Of a stretch of 60,463 nt of DNA, positions 29,606-40,523 are shown in pieces. Under the pieces are notes generated by a model that searched no databases, was not told the DNA's origin, and saw only the letters and a program-made list of their open reading frames with translations. Source of the stretch: a virus (Duplodnaviria; Caudoviricetes). Within the stretch, counting starts at the first letter, position 1. Every line of letters begins with the position of its first letter. Position numbers and translations under genes: made by a program. The DNA lies in IMG/VR virus record IMGVR_UViG_3300031861_000003, positions 1 to 60,463 of that record; one strand, 5' to 3'.

Positions 29606-31404
29606 TATACAACTGCTCCTTTAATATCTTGAGTTGGAAATTTGATTTCAAAAACAACGTTCTTTGGTGATGCGACAAAAGTGCCGTCAGCCGATATAAG
29701 ATCTTGTATTGTTAAGAACTGGGAAGAATTAGAATAATTCCCTCCTTGTTTAAAATTAATCTTTACATCTTTTGTATCAACAACACCAATTGTGTTATTT
29801 AGGGTTTTGTAGATCTCGGAGATTCTTAGGGATTCTCCAAATGCCATTGGAATTTCAAACATCTTCTTGACATTCTCTAGACATAAGTTTAAAACATCAA
29901 ACTTGTTCTTGTCTTTATCAACTGTTACTTTGAAGTCAATTCCGAGATTTATGATGAATCCATCTAGAATGTCGATTGTGTCGTTAATCATCTTATATTG
30001 GTTGAGCCATGTTTTGACGTTTTCTTTTAGGGTCTCGGAAGCTATATCAAGTTTGCCGCTTGTATCTTCTCCTAGAACAAATAGATTTAAGTTTCTACGA
30101 AAAGAATCTTTATCTTTAATAATTGTACACCTTTTCACAGATCCAAATTTAGATGGCATTGAATATAGAATTGCTTCATAGTCTTGCTTTGTGACTGCCC
30201 TATTCTGTGTTGCAAAATAATGATAAGTTCTGTTTCTGATTTCTTCTGAAGTGGGGAGCGAAATATCACCAGTGATGGAATCTTCATTGAATACTTCTAG
30301 AGATCTCCTTACGGCATTAACTTTTGTTGTTGACAGTGATGGACGATCTGCAAAAGTGAATATTGGTGTCACTACTTTGTTTAGTGTACCTGCGGGTGCA
30401 TTGACATTATCAGAATTATTTACTCGATATACAATCGTAAGTGTTGTATTCGCTGGACATATTCCAAATTTATCGCCTTCTAAAAGTTTGGAGGGATCAA
30501 AAGAAGAATCTGAAATGTATCCTCTTCCATATATATCCAATACTGTATTGCTTGGTTCAACTACTTCTAATTCAGATGACTCTGCATCTGAGCCGTATCC
30601 AAATTGTAAATAATAGTTATTGCCCTCTGAATCTAAAACAAAGCGCCTTGGAACTGCAAACGGTCTCAAAACATTTGGTACCGTGAGTTTATCGGATTTG
30701 TTATTGTTGACTTCTTTATAAATGACATCTTGCGATAGATAATCAACTTGATAGTATTCATTTCCATCAGAATCAAAAACAGAAATAACCTCTGAAACGT
30801 TCTGAGTTGATAAATCTGTTTTTCTGAATCTTGTAAAATCTCCGAGAGCGGTGATGTCTCGAACTAAATTTCCAGAGATTACTTTTCCTTTTAATCTGAT
30901 AGCGTAGCTGGTTGGTATGCCTGTTGTTTCATTGACACTCGCAACTACAACTTCACTATTTATATTAGCGAAGTTAATGTCTTCTGTTAAAATAAAGTTT
31001 ACATCTCCCGATGCTAGTGTACTTCCCTTTTTAAGAATTGGAAGATAAGCAGTATCTGGACCTAAGCCTGTGCTGTTTGCTGGAACTGTAATATAGAAAG
31101 ATAAAATTCCACTTGAGCTTGGATTTACACTTAGTTTGAATCCCAGTTGTCTAGCTAACCTTACCACATTATTGTATTCAATTGCAGTATCTAGAAATGA
31201 TTCATTTGCCTGATAATCTACATAGAAGGATAAGACATCTCCAATATAGGACACCGTGTCAAGCATGAGGGAGCCGAAAGAGGCTTCGTTAAAATCTCTA
31301 TATGTTTCGGGATAATATCTCTTAACATAATTAACCAATTCTTCTTTTATGGTAGCAAAGTCTCTTGCTGTATATTTTATAGGAATTTTTTTGTTACTTG
31401 CCAT
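29605..31404 (-). CDS. Baseplate wedge subunit (T4 gp6/J-like)
   Basis: YTARDFATIKEEL, ESFLDTA, QNRAVTKQDY motifs. Confidence 0.88.
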   Translation of the reverse strand: MASNKKIPIKYTARDFATIKEELVNYVKRYYPETYRDFNEASFGSLMLDTVSYIGDVLSFYVDYQANESFLDTAIEYNNVVRLARQLGFKLSVNPSSSGILSFYITVPANSTGLGPDTAYLPILKKGSTLASGDVNFILTEDINFANINSEVVVASVNETTGIPTSYAIRLKGKVISGNLVRDITALGDFTRFRKTDLSTQNVSEVISVFDSDGNEYYQVDYLSQDVIYKEVNNNKSDKLTVPNVLRPFAVPRRFVLDSEGNNYYLQFGYGSDAESSELEVVEPSNTVLDIYGRGYISDSSFDPSKLLEGDKFGICPANTTLTIVYRVNNSDNVNAPAGTLNKVVTPIFTFADRPSLSTTKVNAVRRSLEVFNEDSITGDISLPTSEEIRNRTYHYFATQNRAVTKQDYEAILYSMPSKFGSVKRCTIIKDKDSFRRNLNLFVLGEDTSGKLDIASETLKENVKTWLNQYKMINDTIDILDGFIINLGIDFKVTVDKDKNKFDVLNLCLENVKKMFEIPMAFGESLRISEIYKTLNNTIGVVDTKDVKINFKQGGNYSNSSQFLTIQDLISADGTFVASPKNVVFEIKFPTQDIKGAVV

Positions 31405-31453
31405 TTCTTCTTGTTTCTCCCACTTATGCTGTAATTAGATTTTAAAATAACTT

Positions 31454-31849
31454 TTATACTGTAATTGGCAACGAAAGGATATCTTTAATGTCATATCCCT
31501 TAATCCTATACACTATTTTTAAATTTATGGTGTTTGTTTCAAATTGAGTTTCGCTTTCAGAGTTGTTGTTAAAAGCAACCTCTCTAATGTCAATATAATT
31601 CAAATATTCTTTAGTTTGTTCTAAAATTCTAACCCGAATGGCCTCGTAGGTAGACGGTGTGTTGTTCTCAAAAAGAAAAGTCCTTATTCCAACGCCAAAC
31701 TCGCTATCCATTATCCTCTCTCCGGGATTTGTTAATACCAACATTTTTAGATTTTGAGATGCCATATCCTTGACTGTTTTTATAAGTGTATAATATCCAT
31801 CGTCATCAGAATGTGTGAGTGGTAATTTTGGTGAAAATCCAGAGGCCAT
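31454..31849 (-). CDS. Baseplate wedge/sheath initiator (gp25/W-like)
   Basis: NLKMLVLTNPGERIMDSEFGVGI..FLFE. Confidence 0.9.
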   Translation of the reverse strand: MASGFSPKLPLTHSDDDGYYTLIKTVKDMASQNLKMLVLTNPGERIMDSEFGVGIRTFLFENNTPSTYEAIRVRILEQTKEYLNYIDIREVAFNNNSESETQFETNTINLKIVYRIKGYDIKDILSLPITV

Positions 31850-31917
31850 TTAATTTCTCCTATCTATAAATACTACTTCTTTAACATTTATGTTTACTTT
31901 AAAGACATAACTCATAT

Positions 31918-34900
31918 TTAAATAATCTCTGTAGAGGTTGGTATTACCAAGCCGAGGGTGATTAGTTTATTGTCTCTTGGCTGTTTTAACGATTTTTGAG
32001 AAATGTTTTTCTTGCTCAACTTTGTGTCTGGGATATTATTTCTCTTTAAGGCTACTTGGCTTGGATTATCTTCTTTTATGAATTTGTTAGATGTTTTCTC
32101 ATATTTAGAATAATATAGGCCCTCGAACAAAGTTTTACAAACTTGCTTTGTGTTATCAAATAAGCCCTTATCAATTGAAAAGAAAAGTTTATCCAAGTTT
32201 GAGCGTTCTCCAAAGCTATTTTTATATTTTGTTCGACGGCGCAGAGAACTCATAAAATAATCCTGGTGATAAGTGACTGCTAATGAAACAAGTGTCTTGA
32301 TTGGGAAGAAATATTCAAAATATAATTTATAACTTTCAGTTTCCATAAGATTGTTGGAAAGACATGGGAATTGAGAGTTATAGTTTGAAATACTAACTGC
32401 CGTTGCCAGGGCTTGACGGGCGGTTAAAGAGGATACTGAATCTAGCGGAATTGAGGTTTCACAAATTATTGAAGAAGCAATTGGCTTATCAACACTTGTA
32501 CCTGTTACCGTGTCATCTGTGCCAATTCCTGTTATAACTGCTTTTGTTCTTTTTGCACTCTTTTTGGCATCGAAACTTAGATTTTCTCTTAAATGTGATC
32601 CAAGCTCATATTCTTTTCCGGAAGATTTATCCTTGTAAAGTAAGACTACTCTGAGTCCTATTGAAACTGATTCAAATAAATCTTCGAAGGAATACCCATC
32701 AAAAAGCCCTGCCTCAACTTTACTATTTAAAACATCAAAATTAATTACGCCCTGCATTTCTTCAAGATTTAAAATATCCCTTATTGATTCTGGAATCTCG
32801 CTCTTGGGGTGTATTTTAACAAATTTCTCCAAGATAAGAGGGCTTTCTGCAAGATTGCTTGCTTCATAAGATTCACTATACCAATCATCCTCTATATTTT
32901 TAGGAATGTTACAGGGCCAATTAGTTGGATCATGCTTACTTTGGAAGAATTGACTGTCTGGTGATTTATTCCCAAAGAACAATGATTGTATATTCTTTAT
33001 TGGTGGGTTAAGCCTGTCTGAAAAAGCGCTTGTTACTTTTTCTAATTCTTCCACGATGTATCTTCTTAAAATAATGTCCGAATATTTTTCTGTCTCTGTC
33101 ATAAATCTGCTGTATTTTTGTGCCTTGGCTGTTTCTTTGTTTGGTGCTGATTTTGGTTCTTTCCAATGTGATTGTTTGAGATTAATAATATCCAACGCAA
33201 TTTGTTCTTGCATTGTGGGTGTTATTCCACCTGTCTTAATTCTATTACTAAAACTTTGAACGATTTGTTCTTTAAAATTATAATAAAATGTTTTTTTAGT
33301 ATACTGGGTTCCATAAGACTTTAAATCCCCAAGTCTTATGAGTTCCTGTTTAACTTTCTCTATTAATATATTTGCATAAACATGATTTAAAATTCCATCT
33401 TTTTCTATCTCTAATTTAGTCATTGAATTCATGTGTAGCATGTTCATAAGCTGTTCAGTTAAAATTGTTCTTAATGTTGTTCTCAATATTGCTTCTATGG
33501 AGGCTGCTCCGTAAGTGTCAACGATTAAACCAAACGGCGGCTCGATAACGCATGAAGGATCTTCTGATTGAAGCCTCTCATCTTCCGGAAATTCTTCAAC
33601 ATTCTTTGATGCTTTTTCTGCTATATCATCGTAATTCATAAAGAATTCTGCTTCAGAATCTATTTCTGGTGATGGTGATAGTTTTAAATAACTCTTATAA
33701 TATCCATCATAATTATTAGAGTAGTCTCCACTATAAAAGAATGCTGGGTCTTCTATACTTCCAACTCCCAACACTTCCATTGCGGCTTCTGAATAATTAG
33801 TTGTGTCTGGTTGGTCCGTATTATACCCATGTAAATAATATTCACTCGCTTCATAGCCAGCGAATAGTTTATGCACGTTCAGGTACATTCCTTTTAAGAT
33901 GGGCGCCCAACTTATAACTGGAGCTAGCGGGAAAAATCTTTCTAAATCTGATTTTGATTTATTGGTAAAAATAGCAGATGGTGTGGTATCTGTGGCCAAA
34001 TCTGCATTTCCAAAGTATTGTGAATATTGTGCTAAATTAAAATCTTTAGAGTAGGTTCCAGTTAGACTATATTCTGAAAGGTTGTTTTTTATTTGTAAAG
34101 AGTAAAGATTGTCATTTAGAAAGTTAAATTTAATGTGGCCACTAGATATTGGGATTTGTACATTTTTGTTGCTGTGTTTTAGGAAAGAATTGTTTATCTC
34201 TATAACAGCATCTAATTTTGTTCCCGCGCCCGATTCATATTCCATGTCTTCTAAGTAAGTGGTTCTTTCTGTATTCTTTTTATATACAATTCTGCCTACT
34301 CCGCTATCATCTCCAAATATTTGTTTTCTAAAGGAATTGTAATCATTTATATCATTTATTGTTTCATACTCAGAATATCCACTATATGTCCTTTGATCAA
34401 CAGTTAGGGGGAGTCTCTCGGCTGCGCTCTTCCCAGAACGCACTAGTGCGGCTGCTGCTGTTTTGAAACTAACTCCGTCTATAGAGGATAATACATAATC
34501 AAAATATCCAGAAACATCATTTATCAAAGAAGATTCGATGGTTTTAAATAAATCTTTAAAATCTTCATTTAATTCCTCCTGATAAGAGGAAGTCTTACCC
34601 TCCAATAAATCCTCTAGCTCGTTCGCTTGCGGAGAGCCATCTTCCGGGAGACAAGACAGCTTTGGAGGCTTTGGCTGCATAAGTGAATCTGGATTTAACA
34701 ATACACCTAAAAAATCAGAAGCAGCGTCGAGATTTCTCTGCTTCGCTTTATCTATTTGTTTTTGGGCCTGTTCGGGAGTTAATCCTTTATTTTGCCAAAT
34801 TTGTTTTCTCAGATCATCAAAATCTTTTAAACTGGTTGGGTCTTTACATATATCAGAGTTAAAAGGTGCTGATGCATCTCCTTCTAACACCTCATTTATG

Positions 34901-37728
34901 AGATCATCATCAATAAGATTCCCCAATCCAGAAAATAAGCTTCCAAACTGTTCTGGTGAAGAGAATATGCTTGTCATGTCACAATCATCAGGCAATGTTC
35001 TGGCCAGTGAAAAGATAATTTTTAATGTTTCCTCTGATGCTACTCCATTTAATAGGGTTTTTACTTCACCGTTTGTTAATACTGAAGAGATAGAATCTAT
35101 AAATTTTTGCATACACTCGTCAGTTGGCTTAGTTGTACCATCCCAGGCGCCTATGGCGTCGGCAATCTCATTAACTGCGGCTGCTATTGATTCATCATCT
35201 GTATTCAGTGCATATGGATCTTCTTCTGGTTCTTCTCCACACAATGATTCTTCTAATAGGGCTCTAAGATTACATCCTCCCTCAAGAAAGTCTGCCGTCG
35301 TTGCTGCGATTGCTTGGCATGCTAGATCAACAGTAGTTGATAGGGCTTTTCCAAGAACAAGTTTAAATGCACCGAAGGCCAAGTCTTCTAGCTTTTTAAA
35401 GACGGTTTCTCTTATACTAAAATAAGTATCATCCCAAGCTTGTATATTTTTATATTTTGTAAAAGTTGGGGCAGTCCACCTTGTTGGCTCTGAACCACAC
35501 GGATCGAAAGTGAGTGTTTTTGCGAGATCTCTTAGGGGAGGATCAAAAAGCGGTGGGGCGCCGCATTTATTATCCCCAACCACATCTACTGTAAAATTCA
35601 ATACCTCAAAAACTGCTCTGCCTATTCCGGTATTGCTCAAAGATTCTTTAAGTTTTTCTAGCTCTTCCTGGACGGCAGAATCTAACAATCCCAACATATA
35701 ATCTGTAAATACATCCAAAATATCATCAGCCAAAGTTCCAAGGGTTCCTGCTGCTCCAAAATTTTTAACAACTCCGTTATGGTTTATGTCGACGCGATAG
35801 GGTCCATTTTCTGTTTGAATAATTAATTTTCCAGGAGGTCTTTCCTTCACACCAATGATAAAATTATCTTCTGTTATATCTCCCTCTGATATCTCGTCTT
35901 CCGGAATTAATCCACTTGGGCCGGCCACGCCAGGATCATAAAATCCACCTTTGTACTTCGATTCCCAGGGATAAATTCCTGATGCCGTTGCTTGTTCAAA
36001 TGCCTGACGAAATCCGACTTCCATTTCATCTGGTAATACTTCTATTATTTGTCTTATTTTATCTTCACTATCAACTGCTTTTATAATTTCTTTAAGGCCC
36101 AATAATATGATATCCTCCTCTCCAAAACCCTGTGCCACACAATCTAGTGTTTCTTTTATTATGCCAAGAATTGTACACTGATCTATTTTGGGAAAAAAGT
36201 TTTTGAACAGATCTTTAAAATTAGTTAATTTCTTAGAATCATTTACCTTATCTTTTTTGGTATATTGGTTTGCAGATATTTGAGCACAGGCGCTATCTTC
36301 CTTGGTAGATCCGGGGGCTCCAAGATTTAAGCCAAATCGTTTCTTCTGAGGTTTTCCTAACAGATTAAAAATTAATTCTGAAAATAAAGAATCGTCTGCA
36401 CAAAGCTCTCGAAGTTTTGCGTCTTTTAATCTTCGAATTCGTTCTTCTGTATTTTTTATTCTATTTTCAGCCTCTTTCTTTAATTTAATATAATCTTCTG
36501 GAGTTTTTGCTTGTCTTAGGGATTTACATAGTTCTTCAGTGAATGTATTAAAAATTGCTTCGGGATATGAAATTATTTCATTATTTATATTTCTTCCAAC
36601 TTTTTTAAATGACTGCTTTGCTTTTTCTTTTACTTTTTCTATATTTTTACATTTACTGTTTGCTTGTGAGGTATCTGATATACTAGAAGAATCAAAGCTG
36701 AATTCGGTTTGTCCAGATGAATTCTCTTTTACGAGGCTTTCTGAGATATCGGGTGGCAAAAAGTTAGTAACAAATTCTTCCCAGGAAGCTTGTTCTCCGG
36801 AGGATTTAAAATAAGCAACTGATTGTTCCATTTGGGAGAACAATATATTATTTATAAAATTTATCATAGGAGAAGAATTTAGATATGTTATCTTTTTCTT
36901 CTTTATTTCTTTATAATCGCATCCTATTTTCTTTACTTCAATTTTTTTTATCTTACTAAAATCTTCTTTATAATAAATTTTTATTCCATCAACTTTCTCA
37001 AAATTAAAAATTAAGTTATCTTTTAAAAAATCAAAAATGTTATTAGTATATTTTCTCATATGATGATAACTTTCTATTAAAGAAAAAACTTTTAATACAG
37101 CTTTTTGTTCAATTCTTGCCTTATCAAATAAAAATGATAAATATAGAAGACCATTCAAGTAAGTATCAACATTAGATTCAAATTCCTTAGGATTATAAAA
37201 CACATCTACTGGGGGTTTCTCCTCATCACTATCTTCATTATTTTCTGGCGGTTGGTCTTCCTCTGGGAGTTCTGGTATAGATGGAATAGAATTAAAAATA
37301 TCTGCTGGAACTGTTATTAAAACCTTTATTGGAACATATTTTGTATTAACATAAAAATCTAAATTTGTTATATCTTCTGGAGTTGCAGTTTCTAATAAAA
37401 ATTGATGTACACTAACTCCAGTATATACTTCATATAGAGGATCCTTATCATAAAAGTTAATTAATCCCGCTATTCCCTCTAACATTGCGGAAGTTAACAT
37501 CAATGATAGTTGCTCATCTCCTTCAATTACTTTATAGTCAGTTTCCACAACAATTGAATATTTACATGTCTTTTCATTTAGAAATGGTTCTGTTTGGTCT
37601 AGTGTCGTCCAATCGGGGATAGTTGCATTTGGGTTTGGAATACAAGTTGGACAGTCTACTGAGGGTATAATAACTTCACAAACTTCATTATCAATATTTA
37701 ATATTGCTTCTTTAAAATTATTTGCCAT
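31918..37728 (-). CDS. Very large, mostly helical, Cys-containing virion-associated protein
   Basis: 1936 aa between spike and gp25 genes; N-terminal CPTC; no family recognised. Confidence 0.55.
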   Translation of the reverse strand: MANNFKEAILNIDNEVCEVIIPSVDCPTCIPNPNATIPDWTTLDQTEPFLNEKTCKYSIVVETDYKVIEGDEQLSLMLTSAMLEGIAGLINFYDKDPLYEVYTGVSVHQFLLETATPEDITNLDFYVNTKYVPIKVLITVPADIFNSIPSIPELPEEDQPPENNEDSDEEKPPVDVFYNPKEFESNVDTYLNGLLYLSFLFDKARIEQKAVLKVFSLIESYHHMRKYTNNIFDFLKDNLIFNFEKVDGIKIYYKEDFSKIKKIEVKKIGCDYKEIKKKKITYLNSSPMINFINNILFSQMEQSVAYFKSSGEQASWEEFVTNFLPPDISESLVKENSSGQTEFSFDSSSISDTSQANSKCKNIEKVKEKAKQSFKKVGRNINNEIISYPEAIFNTFTEELCKSLRQAKTPEDYIKLKKEAENRIKNTEERIRRLKDAKLRELCADDSLFSELIFNLLGKPQKKRFGLNLGAPGSTKEDSACAQISANQYTKKDKVNDSKKLTNFKDLFKNFFPKIDQCTILGIIKETLDCVAQGFGEEDIILLGLKEIIKAVDSEDKIRQIIEVLPDEMEVGFRQAFEQATASGIYPWESKYKGGFYDPGVAGPSGLIPEDEISEGDITEDNFIIGVKERPPGKLIIQTENGPYRVDINHNGVVKNFGAAGTLGTLADDILDVFTDYMLGLLDSAVQEELEKLKESLSNTGIGRAVFEVLNFTVDVVGDNKCGAPPLFDPPLRDLAKTLTFDPCGSEPTRWTAPTFTKYKNIQAWDDTYFSIRETVFKKLEDLAFGAFKLVLGKALSTTVDLACQAIAATTADFLEGGCNLRALLEESLCGEEPEEDPYALNTDDESIAAAVNEIADAIGAWDGTTKPTDECMQKFIDSISSVLTNGEVKTLLNGVASEETLKIIFSLARTLPDDCDMTSIFSSPEQFGSLFSGLGNLIDDDLINEVLEGDASAPFNSDICKDPTSLKDFDDLRKQIWQNKGLTPEQAQKQIDKAKQRNLDAASDFLGVLLNPDSLMQPKPPKLSCLPEDGSPQANELEDLLEGKTSSYQEELNEDFKDLFKTIESSLINDVSGYFDYVLSSIDGVSFKTAAAALVRSGKSAAERLPLTVDQRTYSGYSEYETINDINDYNSFRKQIFGDDSGVGRIVYKKNTERTTYLEDMEYESGAGTKLDAVIEINNSFLKHSNKNVQIPISSGHIKFNFLNDNLYSLQIKNNLSEYSLTGTYSKDFNLAQYSQYFGNADLATDTTPSAIFTNKSKSDLERFFPLAPVISWAPILKGMYLNVHKLFAGYEASEYYLHGYNTDQPDTTNYSEAAMEVLGVGSIEDPAFFYSGDYSNNYDGYYKSYLKLSPSPEIDSEAEFFMNYDDIAEKASKNVEEFPEDERLQSEDPSCVIEPPFGLIVDTYGAASIEAILRTTLRTILTEQLMNMLHMNSMTKLEIEKDGILNHVYANILIEKVKQELIRLGDLKSYGTQYTKKTFYYNFKEQIVQSFSNRIKTGGITPTMQEQIALDIINLKQSHWKEPKSAPNKETAKAQKYSRFMTETEKYSDIILRRYIVEELEKVTSAFSDRLNPPIKNIQSLFFGNKSPDSQFFQSKHDPTNWPCNIPKNIEDDWYSESYEASNLAESPLILEKFVKIHPKSEIPESIRDILNLEEMQGVINFDVLNSKVEAGLFDGYSFEDLFESVSIGLRVVLLYKDKSSGKEYELGSHLRENLSFDAKKSAKRTKAVITGIGTDDTVTGTSVDKPIASSIICETSIPLDSVSSLTARQALATAVSISNYNSQFPCLSNNLMETESYKLYFEYFFPIKTLVSLAVTYHQDYFMSSLRRRTKYKNSFGERSNLDKLFFSIDKGLFDNTKQVCKTLFEGLYYSKYEKTSNKFIKEDNPSQVALKRNNIPDTKLSKKNISQKSLKQPRDNKLITLGLVIPTSTEII

Positions 37729-38645
37729 TATGTCGACCTCACAGATTTACTTTTAATGCTAGTTTCTTTCACCCCAAGATATGTTTCCTTAAAGTAATCC
37801 AAATTCTTTTTAAACTTTTCCATCTTATCCTTTCTCATATTAATTTTTAAATTTGTCACTGGAACTTTTGATAATAAAGATACAGATGGTGAATCGGGAC
37901 CAACTGGAGTTATATGTGTGTGATTCGCCAGTGCATTATTAAACTTCTTCTGTATATCATAAAATGTTTTTAAATCGGAGGATAACAACTGTACTTCCTT
38001 AATCAGCGAATCTAAGAAAGCTTCCAGATTATCTCCCTTTACGATTGGCTGTAAATAATTATATCTTTTTCCGCCTTCTTTAAAGGTACCATCAGATATA
38101 CCAGCCAAGAAGTCTATTCCTTTTGATGTTTTAATCTTTCCAAACAATGAGTTTGGTTCTGTTCCTGGGTTTAGTGTACTTATTTTAATACCCTCTCTTG
38201 CTACAATCCTGACGCTATCTGCCTTCAATCCTATCGCAGATCTAGATCCAGACTTACCAACAAACCCGTCTGATATTTGCCATTCTTTATCAATATTAGT
38301 TCTTTGAGAAATTAATACTGTTGCTGCATCTTGTGATGATGTAGCGATAGATGGTATGAATTTCTTTAATTTTAAAAAATGATTAGTTGCGCCAAGGCCT
38401 GCAATAAGCTGAATCTGCCCAGATCTGTTTGCTCCTCTAAACATAGATTCTTGGCTTTTCCCCAATATTATATGAGCATTCGTGGGATTTGATATTACTT
38501 TCTCTGTTGGCTTTCTATCATAAACCGTTCCCTGCTCAAGCATTTTATCGCCGTCGAGTCCCTGGAATGGATTAATATTTATTGACTTTTTTTCGTATTG
38601 GCTAAGATTATCAGTATCTCTTTCTTTAGTTATTTCGTCAGGCAT
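37728..38645 (-). CDS. Baseplate central spike protein (gp5 C-terminal/gpV-like)
   Basis: Beta-repeat segments (IGLKADSVRIVAREGIKI), PIVKGDNL and HTH (NHTHITPVGP) tip motif; TCTATTTA upstream at 38671-38678. Confidence 0.65.
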   Translation of the reverse strand: MPDEITKERDTDNLSQYEKKSININPFQGLDGDKMLEQGTVYDRKPTEKVISNPTNAHIILGKSQESMFRGANRSGQIQLIAGLGATNHFLKLKKFIPSIATSSQDAATVLISQRTNIDKEWQISDGFVGKSGSRSAIGLKADSVRIVAREGIKISTLNPGTEPNSLFGKIKTSKGIDFLAGISDGTFKEGGKRYNYLQPIVKGDNLEAFLDSLIKEVQLLSSDLKTFYDIQKKFNNALANHTHITPVGPDSPSVSLLSKVPVTNLKINMRKDKMEKFKKNLDYFKETYLGVKETSIKSKSVRST

Positions 38646-38697
38646 TTATATATTCTCCGATGCAATATAATAAATAGATTGCTGATAAAGTATTTGT

Positions 38698-40200
38698 TTA
38701 TTCATCCGTGCCGTCTGTTTGTAAAGGCATTGAATTAACTGAATCTGATGTTGGTAAAGAATTCCCATCCCAAGTTTCGTGAAATCTATTTATAACACTA
38801 AAAACATTAACTTTTTTGTTAGTATTATTGAATCTCCAGTGCCATCGTTCACTTTTCACCGTCCTGTAAAAGCCATATTTATACATGTTATTAACCATCC
38901 AGGTATAATTTTCGGGAGGTGATGTATTAAGATCAATAGCAAACCCAGATTCATGTTTACTTCTTCCGACTGGAGCTACCTTTACTCTACAATTTGTTGT
39001 TGTATCGTTTGGGCAATCGAAGTAATTTCTCAAGCTTCTCTGAGAAGACAAAATTTTAGTATTAGGATTGAGAGTTTCTAGAAAATTTTTGAGAGCATAT
39101 ATATTAATTTCTCCAATCTGAGTATCTGGAACTCTATTCCAATTAGAATATGTTTTAGTTGGTCGTTCTGCTTCTCTATTAACTGCTTTTAAAACGTCTC
39201 CTACTGTAAGAATTGGTATACTAGGTCTGAAAGATGAGTTAACCTTTAAATTGTATCCCTCTACTGAAGACATTAACATTACTCTAATTGCTGGCTTTAA
39301 GACTTCTTCTGATTCTAAAATAACGAAAAGGTTTTGTACTTTATTCCCATAATGAGATAAATTAAAATTATTATAATTAGTTGAGGCGCCAGATCTAGGA
39401 GATAAATTAAACATTAAAATAGTTTGTTTTCCGTTTATTACTGGGCCGGGGAGAGCATTATCTGCAATTTTTGCGATCCTGTCTTCAAAAGGTTTATATT
39501 CCATTTGGCCGATAGTTACAAGTGGGCCAAGATCATCGTTAATAATATTCTGTGCCGAAGTATCAAATTGATTTCTTAATGATTGTGGTGTTTGAACTGT
39601 ATTGGGATCAGTTGCTTCTGATATATTTCCTAATTTATACCCATCCTTATAAACCCCAAGATAAGTTCCAGTTTTGTGCTGCTTATCATCATATTTAACT
39701 TTTATGAGAGATCCGGGGGTTGGTATTTGATTTTCCTCTGCATTTTCATTATTTTGGTTTGGAAGCTCTTGAATAAAACAGGGATGTTGTCTCACTAATA
39801 CTAAATCTCTCATGATACTTTTAGTTTTTGTCACTACCCCAGATGGTCTAAAATTTTTAAATGTATCTGGCATTGGTAATGCTGAATCGAATTCAGGAAC
39901 TCTAGCATAAATTTTAAGATATTTTTTAAGCTCATCTGTTTCATTTGCAGTGGAAGATGGAATAGTATTTGGTGGATAGGGCGACATAACAATTTCGACT
40001 AACATTGCTAATGCATAGTGCTCACCCTTATCCATTAATAATTTTGATTCTCTATCTTTTTTATTTCGCTCTTGAGTTGAGGCTAAACCTGAATTGACAT
40101 TTGAGGCTCCAATTCCGGCTCTGTTGTTAATTGTTGGTTCATCAAGCTTATTTATCATCCCAGGTGTAGGATCTAATATTGGCTGGTCTTCTTCGGGCAC
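38698..40200 (-). CDS. Baseplate hub/gp5 N-terminal-like protein fused to an M15 (VanY-like) peptidoglycan peptidase
   Basis: IYARVPE..P.PGSLIKV OB-like region; NSSFR, APVGRSKHESGFAIDL, KYGF, ERWHW zinc peptidase motifs. Confidence 0.75.
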   Translation of the reverse strand: MPEEDQPILDPTPGMINKLDEPTINNRAGIGASNVNSGLASTQERNKKDRESKLLMDKGEHYALAMLVEIVMSPYPPNTIPSSTANETDELKKYLKIYARVPEFDSALPMPDTFKNFRPSGVVTKTKSIMRDLVLVRQHPCFIQELPNQNNENAEENQIPTPGSLIKVKYDDKQHKTGTYLGVYKDGYKLGNISEATDPNTVQTPQSLRNQFDTSAQNIINDDLGPLVTIGQMEYKPFEDRIAKIADNALPGPVINGKQTILMFNLSPRSGASTNYNNFNLSHYGNKVQNLFVILESEEVLKPAIRVMLMSSVEGYNLKVNSSFRPSIPILTVGDVLKAVNREAERPTKTYSNWNRVPDTQIGEINIYALKNFLETLNPNTKILSSQRSLRNYFDCPNDTTTNCRVKVAPVGRSKHESGFAIDLNTSPPENYTWMVNNMYKYGFYRTVKSERWHWRFNNTNKKVNVFSVINRFHETWDGNSLPTSDSVNSMPLQTDGTDE

Positions 40201-40202
40201 AC

Positions 40203-40523
40203 CTATTCCTCCCTTTCATCAACGACTTTATCTTGTATCATATCGAATAGAGTATCCTTGTCTTTTTCGGATAAGTTGTTATTCTCTTTTGAGCCCTTCG
40301 CCATTAACGCGGATATTTTAACAAGCTGTTCGTTGGATCTTTGTAGCGTCTCTACATATTTCGCTGCTATTAGACCAACTTCTTTGTGCCGTTCTTCATT
40401 TTGTGCTAGATAGCCCATAGCGTCTTGTAGCAGACGCTTTGTTGTATCTCTGTCTTCTCGGATGTTATCTACTGCTTCTGATAGATAATCTTCTAGTTCC
40501 TCTAAATTTGTCCTACGTCCCAT
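40203..40523 (-). CDS. Hypothetical coiled-coil protein
   Basis: 106 aa helical, KYVETLQRSNEQLVK; overlaps the sigma gene end. Confidence 0.65.
   Translation of the reverse strand: MGRRTNLEELEDYLSEAVDNIREDRDTTKRLLQDAMGYLAQNEERHKEVGLIAAKYVETLQRSNEQLVKISALMAKGSKENNNLSEKDKDTLFDMIQDKVVDEREE

Noticed and set aside
17439-31873. T4 late promoter TATAAATA on the plus strand near 17440 and 31865
   Set aside because: Wrong strand for the downstream genes; it is the reverse complement of the TATTTA-containing motif
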